From NCBI GenBank assembly GCA_016867725.1, contig VGIX01000003.1, forward strand, positions 26,866 through 90,865: a stretch of DNA of 64,000 nt. Reading direction: 5' to 3'. Positions within the stretch are counted from its first letter, which is position 1. Each line of letters starts with the position of its first letter. The stretch comes from Candidatus Effluviviaceae Genus I sp. Its GTDB lineage: Bacteria > Joyebacterota > Joyebacteria > Joyebacterales > Joyebacteraceae. This document shows, in pieces, positions 38,062-46,988 of the stretch. The notes beneath the pieces were generated by a model that was not told where the DNA came from, did no database searches, and was given only the letters and a program-made list of their open reading frames with translations. The position numbers were made by a program, and so were the translations under genes.

Positions 38062-39450
38062 CTAGAAGGCGTACGTGAGCGACAGGCTCGTCACGACGAG
38101 GTCCCCGACGTGCTCGCCATTGTTGTCGTAGTTGACGTTCGCCGGCACGATCAGCTTCTCCCCGATCTGGTACTCGAGCGAGAGGTCGGCGTGCCACGCG
38201 CTGCTGCGGTAGGTCATGCCCGCGGCCACGGCGTTCTTCGCGATCTGAGGGAACGCGGCGGTGTAGTGCTCCGCATCGCCGGGGCTCGGCACATTGCGGT
38301 AGCCGGCGCGCATCGAGAGCGCGCGGGACAACCGATAGTCGAGCCCCGCCCCGACCTCGATCGTGTCCTTCCACTCGGGGTCGGCGCCGTCGAGGTGCAG
38401 CTCCGACGGGAGTTCGGCGTCGACCACACGCGCGATGCCCTTGTACTTGGACCACTGGGTCCACGCGCCGTCGACGGTCAGGGTCAGGCCGTCCACGAGG
38501 ACGTCCCGGTACGCGATGCCGAGCCCTGCCCACATGGGGAACACGAGGTCGTATTCCTGGTCCTGCTTCGGGGTCGCGTGGTCCGGATGCGTCGACGACA
38601 CTTCGATCTCCCCCGCCATGGCGACGGTCATCGGCGTGCGAACGACCGCGCCGAAGCTCAACGCGTCCGTCGCCTTGAACATGATGCCCGCCGTCGCGCA
38701 GTACCCCCACCCGGTGGCGCTGTCCTCCATCTGGATCGGATGGAGGTCACCCCTGTTGACGGTCTGAGGTCCCGACGTGTCCACCCACCGCTCCTCATAC
38801 CACGTGCCGAGCTTGGTCTCGAGGCTCGTGTAGACGGCATGACCGGCCAGTCCGAACGAAAGCCCGGGGACGATCTCCTTGGCAACGAGAGGCGAGATGG
38901 CATACGAGGTGAGGCGACTCTCGGTGTTCGGCGCTTCTCCCATCACTCGCCGGTAGCCTAGGGGGCTGCTCGGCTGGGTCGGGTACACGGCGACGATGTC
39001 GTCGTACACGGCGTCTCCCGCCCAGCGTGTGCCGTAGTCCGCGAACGTGTACGCCGCCAGCCCGACCTTGTCGAAGAGGGCGCCGAGGGAGAACTTCGGG
39101 TACAGGAAGATGCCCGGGAGGACCCGGTGCCCCGCGTCCGCGGTGGCGGCGACCTCCGCGCGCACGGGGATGCTGTAGCCTGCGGCCCCGTCGAACGCGA
39201 TCACGCCTTCCCGTGAGCCCAGCGACACGGCATCCTGCGCGAGCAACGTGACGTCCGTCCCCTTGATCTGCATGATGCCTGCCGGGTTCCAGAACGCCGC
39301 GCTGTAGTCATCCGCGAGTCCTATGAACGCCCCGGCCAGCCCGCTCGCCTTCGCCCCCACGGACGGGACGAGAAACCCGTTCGCCGAGACGGAGCCGGAC
39401 GCCGCCAGCACCAGCACCGTCGAGACAACGACCACGCTCAGAGGGCGCAT
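38062..39450 (-). CDS. OmpP1/FadL-family outer-membrane transporter
   Basis: Signal peptide then NGF...GAKASGLAGAFIGLADDYSAAFWNPAG; C-terminal LTYAF. Confidence 0.88.
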   Translation of the reverse strand: MRPLSVVVVSTVLVLAASGSVSANGFLVPSVGAKASGLAGAFIGLADDYSAAFWNPAGIMQIKGTDVTLLAQDAVSLGSREGVIAFDGAAGYSIPVRAEVAATADAGHRVLPGIFLYPKFSLGALFDKVGLAAYTFADYGTRWAGDAVYDDIVAVYPTQPSSPLGYRRVMGEAPNTESRLTSYAISPLVAKEIVPGLSFGLAGHAVYTSLETKLGTWYEERWVDTSGPQTVNRGDLHPIQMEDSATGWGYCATAGIMFKATDALSFGAVVRTPMTVAMAGEIEVSSTHPDHATPKQDQEYDLVFPMWAGLGIAYRDVLVDGLTLTVDGAWTQWSKYKGIARVVDAELPSELHLDGADPEWKDTIEVGAGLDYRLSRALSMRAGYRNVPSPGDAEHYTAAFPQIAKNAVAAGMTYRSSAWHADLSLEYQIGEKLIVPANVNYDNNGEHVGDLVVTSLSLTYAF

Positions 39451-39546
39451 CGTTCTTCCTCCATGCAGTCAGCGGGGGGCCCGGAGGGTCACCCGGCCGC
39501 GTACCAAGAACACAGGCCTCGCGCCCGCGCGCGGAGCCTCCTCGCG

Positions 39547-39575
39547 TGTGTACCACGGAATCAACCGGTCGTCAA
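39547..39575 (-). promoter_or_regulatory. Possible sigma70 promoter for FadL-like gene
   Basis: TTGACG-17 nt-TACACA with TG extension on - strand. Confidence 0.4.
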
Positions 39576-40072
39576 GGGGTTTGTGCCGAGGGATGGCACT
39601 CGGAGCATGGGACCACCGCGCGGCGCTCGGCGACATCCCTGTGACCCACGTCGCCGTGGCAGCTCACGCACGCGACCGAGCCCCGATGCCTCGCGTGGGT
39701 CTCCGCGCCTGCGAGGCCGACGGCCGTGAGGTCGGCGTCCGAGTGGCATCCCGGCCTCTGGCAGGCGGCCCGCCCCGGAGGTTCCGAGCGGCGCCGTGTG
39801 TGAATCCCCAGGAAGTACTCCAGCGCGTTTCGGACGCCGTCGGCCTTGGAGTGGTAGTATCCGACCCACCCGGGATCGCTGTGGCAGTCCAGGCACTTGA
39901 CCGAGGAGTGGCTGGAGGCGCTCCAGCTCGCGTAGTGCGATCCCATGGCGGTGTGGCAGCTGCCGCAGAACTCGGAACGGGCGCTCCAGAAGTTCAGCGC
40001 GAGGCCGCCGCCTGCGACCACGAGCCCGACCAGCACCCACCCCCACCACCGAAGACGAAGACGCCCGCGCAT
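39572..40072 (-). CDS. NapC/NirT-type membrane-anchored multiheme cytochrome c
   Basis: N-terminal TM; FCGSCHTAM, CLDCH, CQRPGCH, CVSCH, CSECH. Confidence 0.85.
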   Translation of the reverse strand: MRGRLRLRWWGWVLVGLVVAGGGLALNFWSARSEFCGSCHTAMGSHYASWSASSHSSVKCLDCHSDPGWVGYYHSKADGVRNALEYFLGIHTRRRSEPPGRAACQRPGCHSDADLTAVGLAGAETHARHRGSVACVSCHGDVGHRDVAERRAVVPCSECHPSAQTP

Positions 40073-40175
40073 GCCCTGTTCTCACCCGCCTTCCCGCTGC
40101 GTCCGTCGAGGCGCGAAGAGCGGCGCGCACGCCGCCGCAGGTCCCTCCGGGAGCCCTCCCCCTCCGCCCGGCACC

Positions 40176-41165
40176 CTACACTCCCCGGACCAGCTCGTAC
40201 ACGAGCGAGCTCACCACGGGAGCGCCCGCGATGCCTCGTCGGATGTCCGCATCCGCCCGCCGGAACGCGCCCACGCCGTTGGCGTAATCGCGCGATGTGC
40301 GCTGTCCGGCGACATCGCCCGGTCCCTCGGTCGGCGCCCCCGCTCGCGCGGCGCCGGGCCCGGAGCCGCGGCCCGCCCCGGCCCGGGCCGTCCACAGCGC
40401 CACCCAGCTGTTCCACAGCTGGGACACGATGTGCGCCGGCTCGACGCCGCCGTCCATGAGCCCGTGCGCAAGCGCGAGCGCTTCGCCAAGCTCGCGCCGG
40501 GCGACGGCCGACGCCAGATCCCTCATGTCGGAGAGCCGGACACCCACGGCCTCGTCGACGTCCTCCCGCCCGATCGGCCGTCCGTCGGGAACGAAGCACG
40601 CGAGCTTGTCGAGCTCATTGGCGATCCTGCTCAGCGACGCCTCCGTCGCCTCGACAAGCGCGAGCGCGGCCGCGACGTCGATCGCGCGCCCCCGCTCCTT
40701 CGCCATCCGCGCGACCAGCGCCTCGAGCGTCTTGCCGGCGACGCGACCGCACTCGACCACCGCCGAGCGCGAGAGCACCTCCCTCTCGAAGCGCGTGCCA
40801 CGCGAGAGGAGCTCGGAACTGACCAGGGCAACACACGAGCTCGCAACGGGATGCTCGAGGTACTTCAGGAGCCCGGTCCGCTGCGTCGGGGTCAGGGCGT
40901 CGAACTCGTAGACGACCGTGAGACGTCGCTCCGAGAGCATCGGCATCGTCGCCGCCTGCGAGGCGATGGCCTCCGCCGTCGCGTCCCTGCCCGTGAGGCT
41001 CACGAAGTCGAACGCCTCGCTGCCGGGAGCGATGAGGCGCTTCTTGAGGAGCGCGACGCCCAACCCCGCCAGATAGGACTCGGGGCCGTGGAGAAGCACG
41101 ACGGGCGGGACCGTTCCCCCTGCGATCGTCCTCTGGAACTCCGCGAAGGTCATCTCTTCGGCCAC
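40176..41165 (-). CDS. holA: DNA polymerase III subunit delta
   Basis: LLHGPESYL, TMPMLSERRL, NELDKL; follows lptE; start GTG 41165 or ATG 41153. Confidence 0.88.
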   Translation of the reverse strand: MAEEMTFAEFQRTIAGGTVPPVVLLHGPESYLAGLGVALLKKRLIAPGSEAFDFVSLTGRDATAEAIASQAATMPMLSERRLTVVYEFDALTPTQRTGLLKYLEHPVASSCVALVSSELLSRGTRFEREVLSRSAVVECGRVAGKTLEALVARMAKERGRAIDVAAALALVEATEASLSRIANELDKLACFVPDGRPIGREDVDEAVGVRLSDMRDLASAVARRELGEALALAHGLMDGGVEPAHIVSQLWNSWVALWTARAGAGRGSGPGAARAGAPTEGPGDVAGQRTSRDYANGVGAFRRADADIRRGIAGAPVVSSLVYELVRGV

Positions 41166-41175
41166 CCGCTCGACG

Positions 41176-41691
41176 CTACCAGCCCTGGACCGTCTTGGAG
41201 AGCAGCTCCTCGGACAGCATCTCGAACGCCGCCGCCCTTGCCTGTTCCTCGGTCGTGAGCCCGCCGCCCTCTCCGGACAGGGCGTACACACCCCACCCCT
41301 CGACGGTGCCGCTCCAGATGGTGGTCCCGCTTCTGCGGTCGTCGTACGACAGGGACGCCGCCACGCGGACTCGGTACTCCCGGGGGTTGCCGGCGGCGTC
41401 GTACGAGAGCACGGGCCTCTCGTACAGGGTCACGCTGCCCCGCACGATGGCTTCGGCCTCCGACTCGGGCACGACCCTCATCGCGTTGTTCTCGGTCAGC
41501 GCCGCGATGATGGCGCTCGTCACCCCCTCCTCTGCCCCGTACTCGATCGTCTCGTTGGCGAGCACCGGCACCGCCACGGTCCTCGGGCCGCCCGCCCGGA
41601 CCGCCGGGGAGAACCCGTAGTGCGAACATCCCGTGAGAACGAGGAGCACCGCAACGCAGGCAAGTCCCACCTGCGGTCCCGGGGGTCTCAT
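41176..41691 (-). CDS. lptE: LPS assembly lipoprotein LptE family
   Basis: Lipobox LTGC-SHYGF, TVAVPVLANET, EYRVRV; lptE-holA synteny. Confidence 0.82.
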   Translation of the reverse strand: MRPPGPQVGLACVAVLLVLTGCSHYGFSPAVRAGGPRTVAVPVLANETIEYGAEEGVTSAIIAALTENNAMRVVPESEAEAIVRGSVTLYERPVLSYDAAGNPREYRVRVAASLSYDDRRSGTTIWSGTVEGWGVYALSGEGGGLTTEEQARAAAFEMLSEELLSKTVQGW

Positions 41692-43124
41692 CGCGCCCGC
41701 CGCCTCCTGCCGGGGCGCGCTTGCGGCGCCCCTTCCCCGTCGCTCAGCCGCTTCCTGAGCGTGTTCCTGCTGATGCCGAGGATCGCGGCGGCGCCCACCT
41801 GGCTTCCGCCGCTCTCCTCCATGGCCAGCGCCGCGAGCGAGCGCTCCACCTCGCCGACCACCGCTTCGTCGATCTCCTCGCGCTCCTCGCCGCGGAGCCT
41901 GCGGTACTCGGCGCCGACGGCGGCCCGTAGACCGGTCGCCCCCGCCGCCTCCGGCGCAGGCCATCGCTCCGCGTCCTCGGTCAGCGACGCGAAGTCCTCA
42001 GGCCCCAGCACGCCCGTGCGGCACAGCGCGACCGCGCGCTGCACGGCCTGCTCGAGCTCGCGGATGTTCCCGGGCCACGAGTGCTGACGGAGGAGCGCCA
42101 GAGCGCCCGGCGAGATCCCCTCGATGTCCCGCTGCATGGACACGCGCGCGCGCTCGACGAAGTGCGCCGCCAGAACGGGGATGTCGTCGAGCCGCTCGCG
42201 GAGAGGCGGAATGAACACGGACACGATCTTGAGCCGGTAGAAGAGGTCGACACGGAACCGGCCTTCCTTCATCCGGCCCACGAGACTCCGACCCGTCGCT
42301 CCGATGACCCTCACGTCGGTCTTGATCCGCGCCCGCGCGCGCGGCCGCTCGAACCACCCGTGCTCGAGAACGCTCAGGATCCTCCCCTGCGCCTCGAGAC
42401 CGGCCTCGTCGATGTCGTCGAGGAAGACCGTCCCCGTGTGGGCAAGCTCGAACCGACCCGACGCGCCGGCCTGTCCCGCTCCCCCGTCCCCGAAGAGCTC
42501 CGCCTCGAGCGACTCGGGCGCGACGGCCGAGCAGTTCACGGCGACGAACGGCCGCTCCCGCCGGCCGCTGTTGTAGTGAATGGCGCGGGCCACGAGCTCC
42601 TTGCCCGTGCCCGCCTCGCCGTGGATGAGCACCGAGGCGTCGGTCGCCGCGATCTGTCCGATGAGCTTGTGGATCTCGACCATCTCGGGCGTCCGCCCGA
42701 CGATGGCACCGAGGTCTGCGACGTCCGCCGGCCCGGGGGAGCCGATCGTGCGGATGATCCCGCCCTCGCCCGACAGCGCGCGCCTCGCCGCGTCCTCGAG
42801 ACCGGCCGGAAGCGTCTCCCGGGGAAGGTAGTCGTACGCGCCTTCCCGCATCGACTCGATCGCGCCCTGGCTGCTCGTCCGCTCCGCCACGACGACCACG
42901 GGCAGCCTGCGCTCGATCGCCTTCGCGCGCCTGAGGACCTCGAGACACGGCATGCGCTCGAGCCCGTGCTCGACGACGAGCAGCGAGGGCGCGCCGCCGG
43001 CCAGCGCCTCCAGCATCTCCCCTGGGTCGGTCCACACGCGCGCGTCGTAGATGAGCGGCGGAAGGGCCTTCACGAGCTCCTCCGCCGCCGCATCGGTCGC
43101 GTCGATGATCCAGACGCTCTTCAC
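41688..43124 (-). CDS. Atypical NtrC-like regulator (pseudo-receiver, AAA+ without GAFTGA, Fis HTH)
   Basis: GEAGTGKE, VNCSA, FLDDI, FRVDLFYRL, WPGNIREL, LGISRNTLRKRL. Confidence 0.88.
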   Translation of the reverse strand: MKSVWIIDATDAAAEELVKALPPLIYDARVWTDPGEMLEALAGGAPSLLVVEHGLERMPCLEVLRRAKAIERRLPVVVVAERTSSQGAIESMREGAYDYLPRETLPAGLEDAARRALSGEGGIIRTIGSPGPADVADLGAIVGRTPEMVEIHKLIGQIAATDASVLIHGEAGTGKELVARAIHYNSGRRERPFVAVNCSAVAPESLEAELFGDGGAGQAGASGRFELAHTGTVFLDDIDEAGLEAQGRILSVLEHGWFERPRARARIKTDVRVIGATGRSLVGRMKEGRFRVDLFYRLKIVSVFIPPLRERLDDIPVLAAHFVERARVSMQRDIEGISPGALALLRQHSWPGNIRELEQAVQRAVALCRTGVLGPEDFASLTEDAERWPAPEAAGATGLRAAVGAEYRRLRGEEREEIDEAVVGEVERSLAALAMEESGGSQVGAAAILGISRNTLRKRLSDGEGAPQARPGRRRRAR

Positions 43125-43148
43125 GAGGTGCCGCTCCGTGGGGGTTCG

Positions 43149-44102
43149 TCAGGCGCCGCGGCGGCCGGCGCCGGCGGCCCGGAACCACTCGACGGTCCGG
43201 GCGAGTCCCTCATCCAGGTCCACGGCGGGCGCGAAGCCGAGCACCGAGCGCGCTCTCGTCACGTCCGCCCACGAGTGCTTCACGTCGCCCGGCCTCGGCC
43301 GAGCGAAGCGCGGCCGGACGTCGGCCCCACAGAGAAGACGCAGCCGCTCGCAGAGGTCGCTCACCGTCGTCGTGCTCCCGCACGCGATGTTGAGCGCCTG
43401 CCCCACGGCGTCCCTGCTTCCTGCGGCGGCCAGGTTCGCGTCCACGACGTTCGCCACGTAGGTGAAGTCGCGCGACTGCTCGCCGTCGCCGTAGATCACG
43501 GGCTGCTCGGAAGCCAGCAGGGCGCTGGCGAAGAGCGGCACGACGGCGGCGTACTGCGACGAGGGGTCCTGCCTGGGTCCGAAGACATTGAAGTACCGCA
43601 GCGCGACGCACGGCAGCCCGTAGAGCAGGGAGAAGACCCGGCAGTAGTGCTCGCCGGCGAGCTTCCCCGCGGCGTAGGGCGACTCGGGCGCCGGCGTCAT
43701 GCCCTCACGCTTCGGCAGCTCCGGCGAGTTCCCGTAGATGGACGACGAGCTCGCGTACACGAGGCGGCCGACGCCGGCGTCGCGGGACGCGATGAGGACG
43801 TTGAGCGTGCCGCGCACGTTGACCTCGTCGCTTGTCGCCGGATCGTCCACGGACCTCGGGACCGAGGCGAGCGCCGCCTGGTGAAAGACGACGTCCACGC
43901 CGCGGACCGCCTCGCGCACCGCGCCGAGGTCTCTGATGTCCGCCTCGATGAGCGCCACGCGCCCGCCGAGACCCGCGAGGTTCTCGCGCTTCCCGGTCGA
44001 GAGGTTGTCCAGCACACGGACGTCGTGCCCGAGCGCCGCCAGGCGTTCCGCGAGGTGGGAGCCGATGAACCCGGCGCCTCCCGTGACGAGCATGCAGGCC
44101 AT
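43149..44102 (-). CDS. NAD-dependent nucleotide-sugar epimerase (WbpP/TviC-like UDP-HexNAc 4-epimerase)
   Basis: TGGAGFIGSH, HQAALASVPRS, YAAGK, RYFNVFGPRQD. Confidence 0.9.
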   Translation of the reverse strand: MACMLVTGGAGFIGSHLAERLAALGHDVRVLDNLSTGKRENLAGLGGRVALIEADIRDLGAVREAVRGVDVVFHQAALASVPRSVDDPATSDEVNVRGTLNVLIASRDAGVGRLVYASSSSIYGNSPELPKREGMTPAPESPYAAGKLAGEHYCRVFSLLYGLPCVALRYFNVFGPRQDPSSQYAAVVPLFASALLASEQPVIYGDGEQSRDFTYVANVVDANLAAAGSRDAVGQALNIACGSTTTVSDLCERLRLLCGADVRPRFARPRPGDVKHSWADVTRARSVLGFAPAVDLDEGLARTVEWFRAAGAGRRGA

Positions 44103-44130
44103 GGCACAGCTCCTCGATCGACGACGTCGC

Positions 44131-45423
44131 CTAGATCTTCCTCACGTGGGGCGCCGCATGGTCCTTGAGAGCGTTCCGCGCGTCCACGACGGGGACGCCG
44201 GTCGCAACGATCGCGCCGTAGTCGAAGGCGCTGTGCGCGGTCGTGATCACGAGGCAGTCGTGGCGCGAGAGCTCGGACGGCGTTGCGGGCACGCTGCGCA
44301 TCTCGGACCCGTTGAGGGTGAGCGACGGCACGTGAGGGTCGCTGTACGACACGCGCCCGCCCTTCTCCATGAGCAGCTTCATCACGTCCAGCGCCGGCGA
44401 CTCGCGGATGTCGTCGATGTCCTGCTTGTACGCCACGCCGAGCACGAGCACGTTCGCTCCCCGCACGGGCTTGCCGATGTCGTTCAGGCAGTCCGCCACC
44501 TTCGAGGCGACGTAGTAGGGCATGCTGCCGTTGATCTGCCCGGCCAGCTCGATGAAGCGCGCCTCGAACCCCGACTCCTTCGCCTTCCACGAGAGGTAGA
44601 ACGGGTCGATGGGGATGCAGTGACCGCCGAGCCCGGGGCCCGGGTAGAAGCGCATGAACCCGAACGGCTTGGTCGCCGCCGCGTCGATGACCTCCCACAC
44701 GTCGATGCCCATGCGGTCGCACATGAGCGCCAGCTCGTTCACGAGCCCGATGTTCACGCTCCGGAAGGTGTTCTCAAGGAGCTTGACCATCTCCGCCACG
44801 CGCGTCGAGGACACCGGGACGACCGGCCCGAGCGTGAGGCGGTAGAGGAGCGCCGCGTGCTCCGTGCACGCCGGCGTCACGCCTCCGACGACCTTCGGGA
44901 TGTTCTTCGTGTTCCAGTCGGGGTTGCCGGGGTCGACCCGCTCCGGCGAGAACGCGAGGTAGAAGTCTCTGCCGACATGAAGTCCGGTGCGCTCAAGGCG
45001 CGTCAGGATGAGCTCGTCCGTCGTCCCAGGATACGTCGTACTGTCGAGGATGATCAGCATGCCGGGGTGCACGTACTTCTCGATCTCCTCCACAGCCGCG
45101 GCCACGTAGGAGATGTCGGGGTCCTTGGTCTTCCTGAGCGGCGTCGGCACGCAGATGTCGACGGTGTCCAGCTCGCGCAGGACGCCGAAGTCGGTCGTCG
45201 CCGTGAACAGCCCGGCCTTCATGATCTCGCGCAGCGACTCGGTCGGCACGTCCTGGATGTACGACTCCCCGGCGTTGAGCTTCTCGACCTTTCGCGCGTC
45301 CTTGTCGATGCCGGTGACGCGGTAGCCGGCGCGGGCGAACTCGACGCACAGCGGGAGCCCCACGTACCCCAGTCCGATCACACCCAGCTTCGCCTTCTTC
45401 TCGACCAGCTTCGACGTCAGCAA
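44131..45423 (-). CDS. Nucleotide-sugar dehydrogenase (WbpA/TviB-like UDP-GlcNAc 6-dehydrogenase)
   Basis: AAGGAGG RBS + TTG; GLGYVGLP, CVPTP, SPERVDPGN, PGPGLGGHCIPIDP. Confidence 0.92.
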   Translation of the reverse strand: MLTSKLVEKKAKLGVIGLGYVGLPLCVEFARAGYRVTGIDKDARKVEKLNAGESYIQDVPTESLREIMKAGLFTATTDFGVLRELDTVDICVPTPLRKTKDPDISYVAAAVEEIEKYVHPGMLIILDSTTYPGTTDELILTRLERTGLHVGRDFYLAFSPERVDPGNPDWNTKNIPKVVGGVTPACTEHAALLYRLTLGPVVPVSSTRVAEMVKLLENTFRSVNIGLVNELALMCDRMGIDVWEVIDAAATKPFGFMRFYPGPGLGGHCIPIDPFYLSWKAKESGFEARFIELAGQINGSMPYYVASKVADCLNDIGKPVRGANVLVLGVAYKQDIDDIRESPALDVMKLLMEKGGRVSYSDPHVPSLTLNGSEMRSVPATPSELSRHDCLVITTAHSAFDYGAIVATGVPVVDARNALKDHAAPHVRKI

Positions 45424-45470
45424 GCTCTCCTCCTTGCGAACCGCGCCGGAGTCATGCCCGGACGGCGGGA

Positions 45471-46742
45471 TCAGTGGGCGGCCCTGGCGACGGTGACCAC
45501 CCCCGCGGTGACCAACGGAAGGAGCAGGTTGTCGCTCGCTCCGACCGAGAGCGACTCGACGACGGCGGCCGTCGCCCCGATGACCAGGGCCCAGGGAACC
45601 GAGACGAAGAATGTAGCAATAATCACGCCGACTGCGAAGAGCGAAAGCGACCCGATGAGGGTCTTCCCGGGATTGTGAGGGAGCGCCGTGCTGCCGAATG
45701 CGCGCCCCGCCAGGCTCGCCACGCTGTCCCCGACGGCGAGGATCAGGATGCCCACCGTGGCTCCTGCGCGCGGGAACACGGCGAGGGTGAGGAAGATCCC
45801 GAGCCCGTACAGGATCGGGCCCTGCACGATCGCCCGCGGCTCGGCCGGCCGCATCGTCGCCCACGTGACCCGCGAGACCACCGGCACCGCGATCCCGCGG
45901 AGCCGCAGCCACTCCGAGAGCGCGAACAGGCCGGTCACCGCGCCCACGAGCCAGAGGGTGAACCCCTTCGACCAGACGGCCATGGTCGGGACGACCGCCG
46001 CCGCGGCGTGGATCGCCTTCCTGACGGCTTCGTGCCTCACGGCGAGCGCCTGGGGCGTCACGCCCTCGGCCGCTCCCTCGGGGAAGAACTGGAGGATCTC
46101 GCGGAGGTCGTGCGTGTGCAGCACGAAGCTCGCGTCGCGGAGGATGGGCTGTTCGGGGTTCACGCCGATGCTGCGCCAGGCCGCCCGCACGATCTCGGAG
46201 TTGCTGCGGTCGTCCACGACCACCGTCGTGGCCGCCCATCCGATGCCGGCCTGGCCCAGCATGCGCTCGAGAGACTCGCGCTTGCCCGTCTCAGAGTGGC
46301 GGACGCCCAGGAGGCGCCCCGTGAGCGCGCCGTTCTCGGTCTCGAGCAGCGCGCCGGCGCCGCCGTCCGCGCCGAGGCGCACGGCCAGGCGCTCCACGAC
46401 CTCCTGAGGGACACCCACGCTCACGAACACCACCGAGTAGCCCATGCGCCTGAGCGCGGCGCAGACCTCACGCGCCCCTTGCACCAGGCGCACGGACTCG
46501 GCAAGGGCGAGGAGGTCGCTCACGCGCGCCCCGCGCTGCAGCGCGTACGCGCGCTCGACCACCTCGCGCACCGACAGGAAGCCGGCCTTGTGCAGAAGCC
46601 CGAGCCACAGGCTCCTGAACCACACACCGACGCCCCTGCGCCGCGCGGCACACGACAGGAAGAGCCCCTGAAGCAGCACGCCGTCCACGTCGAACGCGAC
46701 GGCGCCTCGCGCGGGAGCCTCACGCCCTGCGGCCGCGCCCAT
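45471..46742 (-). CDS. Fusion: HAD-IB (SerB-like) hydrolase + phytol/dolichol kinase-type (CTP transferase) membrane domain
   Basis: N-terminal FDVDGVL; C-terminal RKAIH, GDSVASLAGRAFG, PGKTLIGS, DNLLLP. Confidence 0.8.
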   Translation of the reverse strand: MGAAAGREAPARGAVAFDVDGVLLQGLFLSCAARRRGVGVWFRSLWLGLLHKAGFLSVREVVERAYALQRGARVSDLLALAESVRLVQGAREVCAALRRMGYSVVFVSVGVPQEVVERLAVRLGADGGAGALLETENGALTGRLLGVRHSETGKRESLERMLGQAGIGWAATTVVVDDRSNSEIVRAAWRSIGVNPEQPILRDASFVLHTHDLREILQFFPEGAAEGVTPQALAVRHEAVRKAIHAAAAVVPTMAVWSKGFTLWLVGAVTGLFALSEWLRLRGIAVPVVSRVTWATMRPAEPRAIVQGPILYGLGIFLTLAVFPRAGATVGILILAVGDSVASLAGRAFGSTALPHNPGKTLIGSLSLFAVGVIIATFFVSVPWALVIGATAAVVESLSVGASDNLLLPLVTAGVVTVARAAH

Positions 46743-46965
46743 CGTCCCTCCCCAGGAGATGCCGCAGGCCGCGGAACGCCATCCAGCAGGCCATGGCGCC
46801 GAGAAGCAGGAACATGTAGCTGAAGCGGTTGCCGTACCGAGGGAGTATGAGATCTACGAAGCGAACGAGCGCGTACACGATCATGCCCGCGCATGCGAGG
46901 TACGCCAGGCCGAGGATCGTCCTCAGGACGCGGACCTGTGTCGACGCCGGCGGCACGCGCGGCAT
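46720..46965 (-). CDS. Small two-TM hypothetical membrane protein
   Basis: AAGGGGG RBS + ATG, 81 aa, two hydrophobic helices, fills the gap between two co-oriented genes. Confidence 0.65.
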   Translation of the reverse strand: MPRVPPASTQVRVLRTILGLAYLACAGMIVYALVRFVDLILPRYGNRFSYMFLLLGAMACWMAFRGLRHLLGRDDGRGRRA

Positions 46966-46988
46966 GAGGCCCCCTTCAGGCCGCGCCG

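Noticed and set aside
35470-38961. 1163-aa + strand ORF and many other long Arg/Gly/Ala/Pro-rich ORFs (e.g. 12208-14484, 23766-26213, 51300-53447, 57871-60366)
   Set aside because: These are antisense or off-frame shadows of clearly identified genes, expected in very high-GC DNA with few stop codons. They carry no family motifs.
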